From positions 1 through 64,000 of the forward strand of contig JAKFCT010000069.1 in NCBI GenBank assembly GCA_036676495.1: a stretch of DNA of 64,000 nt. Direction: 5' to 3'. The translations under genes were made by a program, and so were the position numbers. Source of the stretch: Candidatus Sericytochromatia bacterium. GTDB lineage: Bacteria; Cyanobacteriota; Sericytochromatia; S15B-MN24; UBA4093. Shown here one piece after another: positions 1 to 9,701 of this stretch. A model generated the notes under the pieces. The model ran no database searches, had not been told where the DNA came from, and was given only the letters and a program-made list of their open reading frames with translations. Every line of letters starts with the position of its first letter. The stretch's first letter is position 1.

Positions 1-1269
1 GGTCGCGATCTCGCCGGTGGCCTTGGCGGAGCGCTCGGCCAGCTTGCGGACCTCGTCGGCGACCACCGCGAAGCCGCGGCCGTGCTCGCCGGCCCGCGCC
101 GCCTCGATGGCCGCGTTCAGGGCCAAGAGATTGGTCTGCTCGGCGATGTCGTCGATCACCGAAATGATCTCCCCGATCTCCTGGGAGGACTGGCCCAGGT
201 TGGTGATGACGGAGACGACGTCCGACATGGCATCGGTGATCTGGGTCATGCCGGAGATGGTCTGCTCGACCGACGTGCGGCCTTCCGCGGCCACGGCGGC
301 CGAACGTTCCGCGACGCGGTTGGCGTCCTCGACGTTGAGCGCCACTTGCTGGACCGAGGCGGCCATCTCTTCGATGCTGGCCGAGGTCTGGCTGACCGAC
401 GCGGAGAGGGTCTCCGTGTTGCTGGCCACTTGCTGGATGCTGAGCGCCATCTCGGCGAGGTTGCTCGAGGTCACCTCCACGTTGGCGGAGAGGGTTTGGG
501 TGCGCCCCTCCACGTGCTCGCAGGAGGCCGAGATGGAGGTGACCGCTTGCTGGACCTGGCTCAGCTCGCTGACCAGTCGCGTGATGCTCTCCTCGAGCAC
601 CTGCGAGGTGTCGACGGTCTCACCCAGGGTGTCGCGCACCACGTTCTTGAGGTCGGCGTAGTGCTCGGAGAGATCATGGTCGGGGTTCTTCACGGCGATC
701 TGCGTGAGGTCCAGGCCGATCGACTCCAGGTAGTCGTAGAAGAAGGAGTCGATGACGGCCTGCATGTCGTAGTTGAAGATGGCGGAGAGCGCTCGCTCGC
801 CCCGCTCCCGGAAGCGCGGGCGCATGGGGAAGCTGGCCTTGAGGTGCTTGCGGACGAGGTCGAAGTAGCTCTGGTACGCCCCCAGGTACCATTTCACCGG
901 GAGGTCGATGGTGTTGTGGAGTTTGCCAACATGCAGGCGCTTATCGAAGTACGCGGCCCCGAACCGTCCTCCCTGCGCGGCTTCCTGGAAGATCTCCCGG
1001 AAGTAGCCGGCCTGGGCGCGTTCCAGGTGACGCCGGAGGTCCGTCATGCTCACGCCGCGCCGCCGTGCCTGCCCTTCGAGGTAGGCAACGGTCGGAGGGT
1101 AAGTGAACTGGTGCTCGTAGAATTCTCGGGAAATCTCGTCGGCCTTCCGCTCCGCCCAGCCGGCGAGTTGCTTCAGGACGTGGATATCCCGCTCGTCGAA
1201 GCGGAGGAAGCCCTTCCGCTGCTCGAGATTTCGATCGGTGATGCGATACTTCTCAGCTAGCGCTGCCAT
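1..1269 (-). CDS. Globin-coupled methyl-accepting chemotaxis protein (HemAT-like), 3' end outside window
   Basis: Manual minus-strand translation from ATG at 1269: [24 protein letters not shown]...FYEHQF...[26 protein letters not shown] (globin sensor), then the MCP tip [40 protein letters not shown]. No TM segments. Not in the ORF track because there is no stop in the window. Confidence 0.9.
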   Translation of the reverse strand, partial: MAALAEKYRITDRNLEQRKGFLRFDERDIHVLKQLAGWAERKADEISREFYEHQFTYPPTVAYLEGQARRRGVSMTDLRRHLERAQAGYFREIFQEAAQGGRFGAAYFDKRLHVGKLHNTIDLPVKWYLGAYQSYFDLVRKHLKASFPMRPRFRERGERALSAIFNYDMQAVIDSFFYDYLESIGLDLTQIAVKNPDHDLSEHYADLKNVVRDTLGETVDTSQVLEESITRLVSELSQVQQAVTSISASCEHVEGRTQTLSANVEVTSSNLAEMALSIQQVASNTETLSASVSQTSASIEEMAASVQQVALNVEDANRVAERSAAVAAEGRTSVEQTISGMTQITDAMSDVVSVITNLGQSSQEIGEIISVIDDIAEQTNLLALNAAIEAARAGEHGRGFAVVADEVRKLAERSAKATGEIAT

Positions 1270-1760
1270 GACGGTACCTTTCTTGCTAGATTCGCCCCCC
1301 TGAACCTTCCGGACGGGTGCCGGAAAATAGTTCTAGGTAAGTCTATTTAAACGTATTCTAAGGGAAATTAGAAAGGCTTGCATGGGTTGCAATTACTGAA
1401 TCTCGGGTGATGGGATTCCTTGAAAACGTGCGGATGTCCGTGTTTACGCGAGTCCGTCGCCCTGAAGACAAGTCCTGGTGCGGCGGATCGGGGTGAGAGC
1501 AAGGCTCCGTTCGGGCGTTTCATGGCCGCCATGGAGCCGGGCCCCCTGTCGGGTGAGGGGGCCTCGCAGTCGGGAGGCGGCCCGAGCGTCGCCGCCGTTC
1601 CTCCCAGGCTAACGGATGGCGCGTGTCGGCGAGTCCGTGGAAATTGCGCGGTTTGGGTGCGGCCTCCCGAAACCCGCTTGGTTACTGTATCCATGGGCCC
1701 GGACTGGTATCATCGGGCTCAACGGAACGGGGACCACGTGAGGGATGGAGGGCGGAAACG

Positions 1761-2207
1761 ATGCCGACTCGGAAGGCACACGCGGTTTGGGAAGGGGACT
1801 TGCAGCACGGGCAAGGAACGATGAGCCTCGGGAGCGGGGCGTACGAAGGAGCGTATTCCTTTCAGACTCGGATGGGGGAGAGCCCCGGCACGAACCCGGA
1901 GGAGCTGATTGGCGCGGCGCTGGCAGGCTGCTTCTCGATGGCGCTCTCGCTTGGCCTCAGCCAGGCGGCGGAAGCGCCGCGGCGGGTCCGGACCGATGCC
2001 CGGGTCCACTTCGAGAAGCAGGAGAGCGGCTGGGCCATCTCGCGGATCGACCTGACGACCGAGGCCGAGGTCTCGGGGATCGATGAGGCGGCTTTTCGGG
2101 CGATCGCCGAGGAAACCAAGAAGACCTGCCCGGTCTCCAAGGCCTTGACCGGCACGGAGATCACGCTGGAGGCCCGTCTGCTCTCCGGCGCGTCCCGCCC
2201 GACTTAG
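1761..2207 (+). CDS. osmC: OsmC family peroxiredoxin
   Basis: MPTRKAHAVWEG...GTNPEELIGAALAGCFSMAL...CPVSKAL motifs. Confidence 0.9.
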   Translation: MPTRKAHAVWEGDLQHGQGTMSLGSGAYEGAYSFQTRMGESPGTNPEELIGAALAGCFSMALSLGLSQAAEAPRRVRTDARVHFEKQESGWAISRIDLTTEAEVSGIDEAAFRAIAEETKKTCPVSKALTGTEITLEARLLSGASRPT

Positions 2208-2341
2208 CCCTGCGACGGCCCCGAAGCGGCCCCATGGCCGGCCGGCGGCGCGCGACCGGCCATGGGCGGGGGCGAGGGGGCTCCATGAGCCGCTTCCAGT
2301 GGTATGATCGGGGGGTAAGCCGCTGCTAGAAAGGATTCCCC

Positions 2342-3706
2342 ATGATCGATCTCTCGTCGGACCAGTTGCATCGCGAAATCGCCGCCCTTCGCCCCGAGTA
2401 TGAACGCATGCTCGCCGAGATCGTGGAGATCCCGACCGTCAGCATGGATCCGGTCTACCACCCGGACATCCGTCGCGGCGCCGAATGGGCCAAGGCCCTG
2501 CTGGAGGCGCATGGCGGCGAGGCGAGGATCGTCGAGACGGCCGGCTTCCCCGTGGTGGTGGGGACCTTCCGTCATCCCGAGGCCACGCGCACCCTCACGA
2601 TCTACAATCACCTGGACGTCCAGCCCGCCGACGAGCCCGAGTGGACGAGCGAGCCCTTCCGCTTCACCCAGGAGGGAGACACTTATCGCGGCCGCGGCAC
2701 CACCGACGACAAGGGCCCTGCGCTGGCAGCCTTCTACGCAGCCATGCTCGCCCGCAAGCATGGTGTTCCGCTCAACATCCGGTTCGTCTGGGAATTCGAG
2801 GAAGAGATCGGCAGCCCGAACTTCGAGGCCTTCCTCGAAGCGCATGCCGACGAGCTGGCCACGGACTCGGTGCTGGTCTCGGACACCATCTGGATCAGCC
2901 GGGACAAGCCCGCCGCCCCGCTCGGCCTGCGCGGCATGGTCGGTTTCCGCCTCTTGCTGGAAACCGGCACCAAGGACGTCCACTCGGGCCTGACCGGCGG
3001 CGCCGCGCGCAACCCCATCGGAGAGCTCTGCCAGCTCATCAGCGAGATCTACGACGCCCGCACGGGCAACGTGAAGATCCCGGGCTTCTACGATCGGGTC
3101 GCGCCCGTCACTCCCGAGGAAGAGAAGAGCTTCCTCGCCTCCGGCTTCGAAACGCGCGAGTTCCAGCGCGCCCATGGCCTGAAGTGCTTGCGGGTCACCG
3201 ATCCCCTGGAGGTGATGACGCGCATCTGGGCCCGTCCGACCTTCGAGGTGCACGGCATGGTGGGCGGCTACACCGGTCCTGGCGTCAAGGCCATCGTTCC
3301 CCCTCGGGCCGAAGCCAAGGTCAGCATGCGCCTGGTGCCCGACATGAAGCCTGCCGACGTGCTCGCCATGGTCAAGGCCTTCGTCGCGGAAAAGAACCCG
3401 GACGTCGTCCTGGATCCGGAGGGGGCCCTGGAGCCTTTCACCTGCGGGATGGAGGGCCCTTACTCAGAGGCTATCCGGTCGGCGCTGCGCTTCGGCTTCG
3501 GCGCCGATCCCGCCTTCATCCGCGAAGGAGGCTCCATCGGAGCTGTGGTCAGCATGCAGAAGCACCTGGGCTGCCCGATCATGTTCATCGGCCTGTCGCT
3601 GCCAGAGCATGGCTACCACGCGCCCAACGAGAACTTCGACTGGAGCATGGCCGAGGGCGGCATGAAGGCCTTCATGCGTTACTTCGAGCAGGTGGCGGCT
3701 CTCTAA
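2342..3706 (+). CDS. M20 family metallopeptidase/dipeptidase
   Basis: YNHLDVQP, GRGTTDDKG, EEEIGS, REGGSI, HAPNE motifs. Confidence 0.9.
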   Translation: MIDLSSDQLHREIAALRPEYERMLAEIVEIPTVSMDPVYHPDIRRGAEWAKALLEAHGGEARIVETAGFPVVVGTFRHPEATRTLTIYNHLDVQPADEPEWTSEPFRFTQEGDTYRGRGTTDDKGPALAAFYAAMLARKHGVPLNIRFVWEFEEEIGSPNFEAFLEAHADELATDSVLVSDTIWISRDKPAAPLGLRGMVGFRLLLETGTKDVHSGLTGGAARNPIGELCQLISEIYDARTGNVKIPGFYDRVAPVTPEEEKSFLASGFETREFQRAHGLKCLRVTDPLEVMTRIWARPTFEVHGMVGGYTGPGVKAIVPPRAEAKVSMRLVPDMKPADVLAMVKAFVAEKNPDVVLDPEGALEPFTCGMEGPYSEAIRSALRFGFGADPAFIREGGSIGAVVSMQKHLGCPIMFIGLSLPEHGYHAPNENFDWSMAEGGMKAFMRYFEQVAAL

Positions 3707-3720
3707 GCAAGCCTGATTCG

Positions 3721-3826
3721 AGAGCGAAAAACGTTGCTACAGGTCAGCGAGCTTTGAATATAAGGCCCTGTTCATGCCTTTCACGGCAAACGCTCGCTGC
3801 CTTACGCAACAGCCGCGGGCGCTAAG
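3721..3826. repeat. Structured intergenic repeat, copy 1 (copy 2 at 42933-43058)
   Basis: Shares AGAGCGA-N4-CGTTGCT.CAGG.CAGCGAGCTTTGA...CATGC...AACGCTCGCT...CGCAACAGCCGCGGGCGCTAAG with copy 2; folds as a long bulged hairpin. Confidence 0.8.
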
Positions 3827-3867
3827 AGCCAGGCCGCTAAGAGGCCTGGCTCGCCGGGGAACGAGGG

Positions 3868-4953
3868 TTAGACTCCCTTGATCCGGGCCTTGCTCACGAT
3901 CATCGGGTGATCGGTCGTTCGCTTCACCAGGGCGCTCCGGTCCCGGGTGAAGTCGCTGAAGCGGATGTCCGGGGATCCGAAGATCCAATCGATCCCCATC
4001 TGCTTGGGGCGCTGGCCGTGAGGCCCGCTGTTGGCCGCCACCATCTCCGTGCTGCGGGTCAACGTGTCGTAGTACTCTTCACGCTCGTTCATGTCGCCGG
4101 TGACGAAAACCGGCAGCCCGGTTTCCTTCCTCAGGCGATTGACGAGGTCGATCTGTTTGGCGGTGGCGAGATCGCGCCAGCGCTCCTGGTCGGGGAATCG
4201 CTTGGTATCGGCGGGGTTGTGGAAGTTGGCGAAGTACGCCTCTTGCCCGGTCTCACGGTTCCGGAGCCGCACGACGGGCATCTGGCGCCGATTGCCATCG
4301 AAATAGGGAATCTCGATGCTTCCGGGGCGGACGAGCTCCCATTTGTCCTTTCGCCATGCGATCGAGTTCACGGCCTCGCGCTTGCCGAGAGCAAAGCCCG
4401 GGTACACGGCGTACCGTTCCCCAGCGACCTTCTGGAACTCGCGCAACTGATCTCCCTGAAGCTCCTGGAAGCCCACGATGTCGACCTGATGCCGCTCGAG
4501 CAGCTTGATCGCCGAGCGGATGCGGGCCGGTCCCGGCTCCATTCCCGGTCTCTCGCCGCCCGGAACGGTGTGGCTGCTTCCGAGCACGTTGAAGGAGCTG
4601 ATCACCAAGTCGGTCGACTTCCGGGGGGGCTTCGGGGTCGGAATCCCGGGGGACGTAGCCCCGAGGGGGGGATCCCCGAGAGGCGGATCCCCGAGAGGCG
4701 GATCCCCGAGAGGGGGTGCCGCCGATGTCGACAGTAGCCGATCGAGCAGATCCTTGAGTTGCTGAAATAGGCCGCTCAGGACGGGAAGGGACTGAACGCC
4801 CGCTGTGACAGCCGGTGAGACGATGGGAGTGGCGGTCGAAGTGCCGGCCATCGGTGAGGAGCGCGCCGCCACGTGAAGCTGATCGAGCAAGCCTCGATAG
4901 GCCGTCGAAGGCAACGGGGGGAATGGCGTCGAAGCGGGGATGAATGCGTTCAT
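3868..4953 (-). CDS. Endonuclease/exonuclease/phosphatase family protein with low-complexity N-terminus
   Basis: SFNVLG, IVGFQE, VTGDMN, IDWIF, TDHPMI motifs; PPLGD repeats in the linker. Confidence 0.8.
   Translation of the reverse strand: MNAFIPASTPFPPLPSTAYRGLLDQLHVAARSSPMAGTSTATPIVSPAVTAGVQSLPVLSGLFQQLKDLLDRLLSTSAAPPLGDPPLGDPPLGDPPLGATSPGIPTPKPPRKSTDLVISSFNVLGSSHTVPGGERPGMEPGPARIRSAIKLLERHQVDIVGFQELQGDQLREFQKVAGERYAVYPGFALGKREAVNSIAWRKDKWELVRPGSIEIPYFDGNRRQMPVVRLRNRETGQEAYFANFHNPADTKRFPDQERWRDLATAKQIDLVNRLRKETGLPVFVTGDMNEREEYYDTLTRSTEMVAANSGPHGQRPKQMGIDWIFGSPDIRFSDFTRDRSALVKRTTDHPMIVSKARIKGV
4666..4713. repeat. 15-bp tandem repeat (about 3 copies) encoding PPLGD
   Basis: gatccccgagaggcg units in tandem. 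Confidence 0.8.
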
Positions 4954-5100
4954 CGTCTTACCTCCCGCGCCTTCTATCGTCGGGGAGTCAAGGCTGCTTT
5001 CTTATCGTTTGACTAACGGAGACCTAAGCTTTGCGTTGCAAAGTGACGGCCAGCGGGCGGAAGCCGGCTGGCCGTCGAATCCCTATGCGGGGATGGGGCC

Positions 5101-5976
5101 TCAGGCCTTCAGGGCTTGGGCGATGGACTCCTCCAGCGAGATGGTCGGACGTCCGGTAAGAGCGCTGATCTGGCGGGTCGCGTCGTAGAGCGCTCCCTGG
5201 GAGGCGCCGACGTCGGAGTTCGCGATCATGCTCGCGACGGCGTCAGGCAAGCCGGCTCCCAGGAGCACGCCCTTGTAGGCGTCTTCGGGCATGTCGTTGT
5301 AGACGATCGTCTGGCCGCTCTGACGGGCGAGCTCGGCGGCGAACTCGGCGAGCGTGTACGCCTGATCGCCGGCCAATTCGTACACGCGGCCGGCCTGATC
5401 GGCCTCGGAGGTCAGGACGGCGGCGATCGCCTCGGCGTAGTCGGTCCGGTTAGCCCAGGAGACGCGGCCTTCGCCGGCGCTGCCGAGGACGGCGTGGTGT
5501 TCCAGGGCGACGGGCAGGCTGGCGAGGTAGTTCTCGGCGTACCAGCCGTTGCGGAGCAGGACGTAAGGAAGGCCCGAGGCTTTGATGGCGGCCTCGGTCT
5601 GGCGGTGCTCCTCGGCCAGGCTCAGGGGGGACGTGTCGGCGTGCAGCAGGCTGGTATAGGCCAGGAGCTTGACGCCTGCGCGCTTGGCGGCGTCGATCAC
5701 GGCCTGGTGCTGGGGCACGCGCTTGCCGATCTCGCTGGCGGAGATGAGCAGCAGCGTGTCCACTCCGGCGAAGGCGCGCTCGAGGGTTTCCGGCCGGTCG
5801 TAGTCGGCCTCTCGGATCGTGACGCCCTGAGCGGCCAGGTGCTGGATTTTCTCGGGGTTCCGCGCGGTCGCGATCAGGCGGGAGGCCGGGACCTTTTTCA
5901 GCAAGGCGTCGATGATGAGCTGGCCCAGCTGGCCGCTGGCGCCGGTGATCGCGAGGGTGGAGGGGGTGGAAGTCAT
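5101..5976 (-). CDS. qorB: NAD(P)H:quinone oxidoreductase, QorB/YtfG (NmrA-like)
   Basis: AITGASGQLG Rossmann motif; LLISASEIGKRVPQH; LRNGWYAEN. Confidence 0.85.
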   Translation of the reverse strand: MTSTPSTLAITGASGQLGQLIIDALLKKVPASRLIATARNPEKIQHLAAQGVTIREADYDRPETLERAFAGVDTLLLISASEIGKRVPQHQAVIDAAKRAGVKLLAYTSLLHADTSPLSLAEEHRQTEAAIKASGLPYVLLRNGWYAENYLASLPVALEHHAVLGSAGEGRVSWANRTDYAEAIAAVLTSEADQAGRVYELAGDQAYTLAEFAAELARQSGQTIVYNDMPEDAYKGVLLGAGLPDAVASMIANSDVGASQGALYDATRQISALTGRPTISLEESIAQALKA

Positions 5977-6044
5977 TCGGGTTTCCTTTCAAGGCGCCCC
6001 GGCCGAGCCGGGGCTTCGGCATGGGAGGGGTGGGTGTGTTATCG

Positions 6045-6063
6045 TGAAACCTACACGGTTACA
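6045..6063. promoter_or_regulatory. Putative Rrf2 operator upstream of qorB
   Basis: TGAAAC-N7-GTTACA; a similar box lies at 6542-6560. Confidence 0.55.
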
Positions 6064-6087
6064 CTTTAGGGAAAAACAAAAGCCGCT

Positions 6088-6525
6088 CTAGGTTTGGGTC
6101 TGGCGATCGCCCGTGAGCACGTCCTCCAAGACGCTGGCGATCGTCTGGCTGGCCAGTTCGCTCTCGAGGGCCCGCTGGGCACGCGTCATCGTCCCCCGCA
6201 AGGCCGACTGGATGTTCCGTCCCACCGGACAGGCGGGATTCGGAGGTTCGTTGTGAAGGGCAAAGAGCGCTCCGTCATCGACCGCCCGATACACGTCCAG
6301 CAACGTGATCGCCGCGGTCGGTCGCGCCAGCAGCGCCCCGCCGCCGACCCCGAGCTGGGAGCTGGTGAGGCCCGCTTTCGCCAGCATCACGAGGAGTTTG
6401 CGGACGACGGCCGCGTTGGTGTTGGCGCTGGCGGCGATCCATTCCGAAGTCAACGGCTTGCCCTGGCTCTGTCCGAGCAAGGTCAGGATGTGCACGCTCA
6501 CGATGAAACGGCTGCTGATGGCCAT
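6088..6525 (-). CDS. Rrf2 family transcriptional regulator (YwnA-like)
   Basis: SSRFIVSVHIL, TSEWIAASANTN, ITLLDVYRAV, PNPACPVGRNI. Confidence 0.88.
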   Translation of the reverse strand: MAISSRFIVSVHILTLLGQSQGKPLTSEWIAASANTNAAVVRKLLVMLAKAGLTSSQLGVGGGALLARPTAAITLLDVYRAVDDGALFALHNEPPNPACPVGRNIQSALRGTMTRAQRALESELASQTIASVLEDVLTGDRQTQT

Positions 6526-6541
6526 GGCGCCTCCTTTAGTC

Positions 6542-6578
6542 TGTAATCATTTTAGATACACATGCGTGCCGCCGTCAA
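6542..6578 (-). promoter_or_regulatory. Promoter of the Rrf2 gene with overlapping autoregulatory palindrome
   Basis: Minus-strand TTGACG-18-TAAAAT; TGTAAT-N7-GATACA at 6542-6560 overlaps the -10. Confidence 0.55.
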
Positions 6579-6701
6579 GGCCTTCGGGTAAATAAAGGCT
6601 CATACGAGGCTCGCCGCGCCAAGGTGACGCCAGCGTGCGGTGGCGTCGTGCCATGGCCCCATGGTCGGCGCGGGCCGCGGGATCATGAGGAGCAAGAGGC
6701 G

Positions 6702-7079
6702 ATGCAATACGACGTGAAAACCCCCGAGGAGTACCTGGCGGCCCTCGAGTCCGACTGGCGGCGCGACACCTTGCTGAGCCTCCGGGACCTGATCGTGACC
6801 CGGGCGCCCGAACTGAGGGAGGGCATCGATTATAAGATGCTGAGCTACCGCGACGCGTCGGGCATCGTTTTCGGCCTCAATGCCCAGAAACACTACGTGA
6901 GCTTCTACGTGGGCAACGCGAGCACGATCGACGCGGACGGAACCCTGCTCGCGGGTCTGGACCGCGGAAAAGGCTGCATCCGCTTCAAGAAGTCCGTGCC
7001 CGTGGCCCATACCCGCATCGCGGCCTTCATCGAGCGGGCGGCCGAGATGGCTCGCCTGGGCCTCGATACCGGCTGCTAG
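6702..7079 (+). CDS. DUF1801 (YdhG-like) protein
   Basis: MQYDVKTPEEYL...LREGIDYKML...QKHYVSFYV...GKGCIRFKK. Confidence 0.75.
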   Translation: MQYDVKTPEEYLAALESDWRRDTLLSLRDLIVTRAPELREGIDYKMLSYRDASGIVFGLNAQKHYVSFYVGNASTIDADGTLLAGLDRGKGCIRFKKSVPVAHTRIAAFIERAAEMARLGLDTGC

Positions 7080-7094
7080 CTTCTTCCGCAAAGC

Positions 7095-7133
7095 AAAGCG
7101 GGCCTGCAGGTCTTACCCTGCAGGCCCGCTTTT
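7095..7133. terminator. Bidirectional intrinsic terminator
   Basis: aaagcgggcctgcagg/cctgcaggcccgcttt stem between convergent genes. Confidence 0.75.
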
Positions 7134-7144
7134 GAATGGGCTAA

Positions 7145-7915
7145 CTAGCGGGCGTTGACGTAGCCGGCGTCCACGTGAAGGGTGGTCCCGGTCACGTAGG
7201 ACGACTGATCCGAGGCCAGCCACATGCTGGCCTGGGCCACTTCCTCCGGCTGCGCGAAGCGGTTGAGCAGGCTCAATTGCGGGGCGTAGCTCACCGGGTC
7301 GAGGCCGAACTGCACCAGGGCACTGCGCAGCATCGGGGTGTCGATGGCTCCGGGCGCGACCGCGTTGACCCGGATCTGGTGCGGGCCGTACTCCATCGCG
7401 GCGACCTTGGTGATGCCGTTGACGCCGTGCTTGGCCGCCACGTACGCGATGTTATGGGGCTGCGGACGGAACCCGCTGACGGACGAGATGTTGATGATCG
7501 ACCCGCCGTGCCCCTGCGCCAGCATCTGCTGGATCTCGTACTTGAGGCAAAGGGCCGTGCCCTTGAGATCGACGGCCATGAGCCGGTCCCAGTAATCCTC
7601 GTCGAACTCCGCCACCGGCTTGTCATCCGGGGAAAGCGCGGCGTTGTTCACGGCCACGTCCAGGCGCCCGAACGTCTTCACCGTTTCCTGCACCATGGCC
7701 TTCACCTGATCGGACTTCGAGATGTCGACCTTCACGAAGTGCGCGATCCCCCCGGCTTGCTGGATCGCGTCGACCACTGCCCGGCCCTTTTCCTCGTTGA
7801 AATCGGCCACGACGACCTTCGCCCCCGATGCCGCAAACAGCTTCGCCGTCGCCTCGCCCATGCCCATGGCGGCTCCCGTCACGATGGCGACCTTACCTTC
7901 AAGCGCTGGTTTCAT
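7145..7915 (-). CDS. Short-chain dehydrogenase/reductase
   Basis: TGAAMGMG, NNAA, YVAAK (YxxxK) motifs. Confidence 0.9.
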   Translation of the reverse strand: MKPALEGKVAIVTGAAMGMGEATAKLFAASGAKVVVADFNEEKGRAVVDAIQQAGGIAHFVKVDISKSDQVKAMVQETVKTFGRLDVAVNNAALSPDDKPVAEFDEDYWDRLMAVDLKGTALCLKYEIQQMLAQGHGGSIINISSVSGFRPQPHNIAYVAAKHGVNGITKVAAMEYGPHQIRVNAVAPGAIDTPMLRSALVQFGLDPVSYAPQLSLLNRFAQPEEVAQASMWLASDQSSYVTGTTLHVDAGYVNAR

Positions 7916-8058
7916 CTCGACTCTCTTTCTTTGGGAACTCCCGAGCTCCCGATCAATTGCCTGGCCTCAGTCTCCCATGAGGCTGGCCATCGGCCATGAG
8001 CGGTTTCTACGGGATAAGTGTTAACATCCGTAGCTTCCACGTAGTTCAAGGCAAGACG

Positions 8059-8097
8059 AAGACCGCCAGCAGCGTGACGCGCTGCCGGCGGTCTTTT
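8059..8097. repeat. Hairpin related to the tRNA-Pro junction hairpin; also a likely terminator
   Basis: AAGACCGCCAGCAG-9nt-CTGCCGGCGGTCTT; the 5' arm is identical to the 28.1 and 32.2 kb copies. Confidence 0.6.
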
Positions 8098-8135
8098 GGA
8101 GGCCGCGGACGGACTCGAGCGGGAACCCGCCCGGG

Positions 8136-8654
8136 TCAGGCGGAAATCGGGTCCCGGCCTTCAACGCGCGAGGCGATGTACTCCTGGGCTTTATCGACCG
8201 GAATGCCGATCGCGAGGGCGATCTCGCCGAAGAGAAGCTCTTCCGCCTGCTTCATGTATTTCTGGTCGATTTGTCCCATCTTCCGGTTTTTCTGTTCGAT
8301 TTCGTTCTTCTTGGCATGGATGGACATGGTCAGCTTGAGCAATTCAGCGACGTTATTGCTGGTGATCGCGGATTCGTAGTGTTTCGTGAGGTCCTGCGCA
8401 CAATCATTGTAGTACGCTTCGGCTTGAATCGTGGGAATCGTGTCGATCATGCGATTGATTTCATCCGCGGACATGGCTGGGCGCATGAAGACCTTCGTAT
8501 CGACGGGGGTGTAGATTGTACAGTTGTCCTTCATGGATTTCATGACGTAATACAGCTGATTTTTTGCAATCTTCAAGTTTCTTGGAGTTGTAATATCCGT
8601 GATTTTACATGCGCCAATTTTCCCGTAAATCACGACATCATTGATCTCGTACAT
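8136..8654 (-). CDS. CarD family transcriptional regulator (low GC)
   Basis: MYEINDVVIYGKIGACKITDI...YYVMK...TIYTPVD...AEELLFGEIALAIGI; visibly AT-rich. Confidence 0.8.
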   Translation of the reverse strand: MYEINDVVIYGKIGACKITDITTPRNLKIAKNQLYYVMKSMKDNCTIYTPVDTKVFMRPAMSADEINRMIDTIPTIQAEAYYNDCAQDLTKHYESAITSNNVAELLKLTMSIHAKKNEIEQKNRKMGQIDQKYMKQAEELLFGEIALAIGIPVDKAQEYIASRVEGRDPISA

Positions 8655-9078
8655 ACTCACACTCCTCATCACCTATAGTTCTTATATTTTAGCACTTATT
8701 TTATTTTGCTGTAAGCATTTCTGCCCAGCGGGTATCGACTTGCATGGGTGGATCGAACTAATCAAGGGATAGGGGGTGGATCATGCGGGAATGGGGAGGG
8801 TTATCATGTAACGGCTTGCTATTGGGTGGTAGGTATCGATCTTGGCCTTAATGGGCAAGCTTTCGGCGGCATTCATGCTGAATCGGATCCCGCGCGGAGA
8901 ATATCGTCAGCTTGCAAGGGGTTTGGCGTTCGTTTGGTAAGCGGGGCGCCTTTCAATCAAGGAGCCGCAAGGTATTGGGGTATTCGCTTCCCCTGCGGGA
9001 GACGGGGCGTTCGTTTCACCAAGCGCCTGCGTCCCGCTTGGCGATGGAAGGACGGCGGGAGGCCGAACCGTGGGCAGG

Positions 9079-9121
9079 TTGACAGGGGCAAGGGCCGGCT
9101 CCTATTATGTAGACTGGTCTA
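9079..9121 (+). promoter_or_regulatory. Sigma70 promoter with LmrA/YxaF-like operator
   Basis: TTGACA(9079)-18-TATTAT(9103); palindrome TAGACTGGTCTA at 9110-9121. Confidence 0.65.
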
Positions 9122-9130
9122 GATGGAGGT

Positions 9131-9700
9131 TTGACGATGACGATCCCCCCTCGGCAGAAGATGATCGAGACGATGGCTCGGCTGATGCAGTCCCAGGGCT
9201 ACCGCAACACGGGGCTCAACCAGGTGCTCGCCGAGAGCGGGGCTCCCAAGGGATCCCTGTATCACTACTTTCCGGGCGGGAAGGAAGCGCTGGCGATCGC
9301 CGCCTTGGAGCATTCCACTCGCCTGGTCGCTGAGCGGATGGGCGCGCTTGCGGCTTCCGCGGCCTCGCCCAGGCAGGGCCTGATCGCGGTCGTCGAGGCC
9401 TTCATCTTCGACCTCGAGCAGTCCTCCTTCCAGAAGGGATGCCCGGTGGCCACCGTGACCCTTGAGGAGGCCGCGCAGAGTCCGGCCATCCAGCAAGCCT
9501 GTGCGCGGGCCTTCGGGCTCTGGCTGGATGTGCTGGCCGGTTACTTGAACCAGCACGGGATCGCCCATCCGGAACAGCGGGCCGAGAGCTTGGTGATGGC
9601 CCTGGAGGGCGCTCTCATCTTGAGCCGCGCGCAGCGGGACTGCGCTCCGTTGCGGCGGCTCGTGCAATCCGTGCCCGTGATGCTGCCGCAGGAGGTCTGA
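9131..9700 (+). CDS. TetR family regulator (LmrA/YxaF type)
   Basis: QGYRNTGLNQVLAESGAPKGSLYHYFPGGKE; GCPVATV; LEGALILSR. Confidence 0.9.
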   Translation: MTMTIPPRQKMIETMARLMQSQGYRNTGLNQVLAESGAPKGSLYHYFPGGKEALAIAALEHSTRLVAERMGALAASAASPRQGLIAVVEAFIFDLEQSSFQKGCPVATVTLEEAAQSPAIQQACARAFGLWLDVLAGYLNQHGIAHPEQRAESLVMALEGALILSRAQRDCAPLRRLVQSVPVMLPQEV

Positions 9701-9701
9701 G

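Noticed and set aside
17-1260. Long plus-strand ORFs 17..661 and 82..1260
   Set aside because: Antisense shadows of the minus-strand MCP, as is typical of GC-rich DNA. The same applies to most overlapping ORFs in the track (for example 32678..34438, 38150..39523, 61037..63082).
4939-4954. Palindrome giving MNAFI starts on both strands
   Set aside because: A short quasi-palindrome (GATGAA-TGCG-TTCATC). The plus-strand ORF has no coding features, so it is probably chance.
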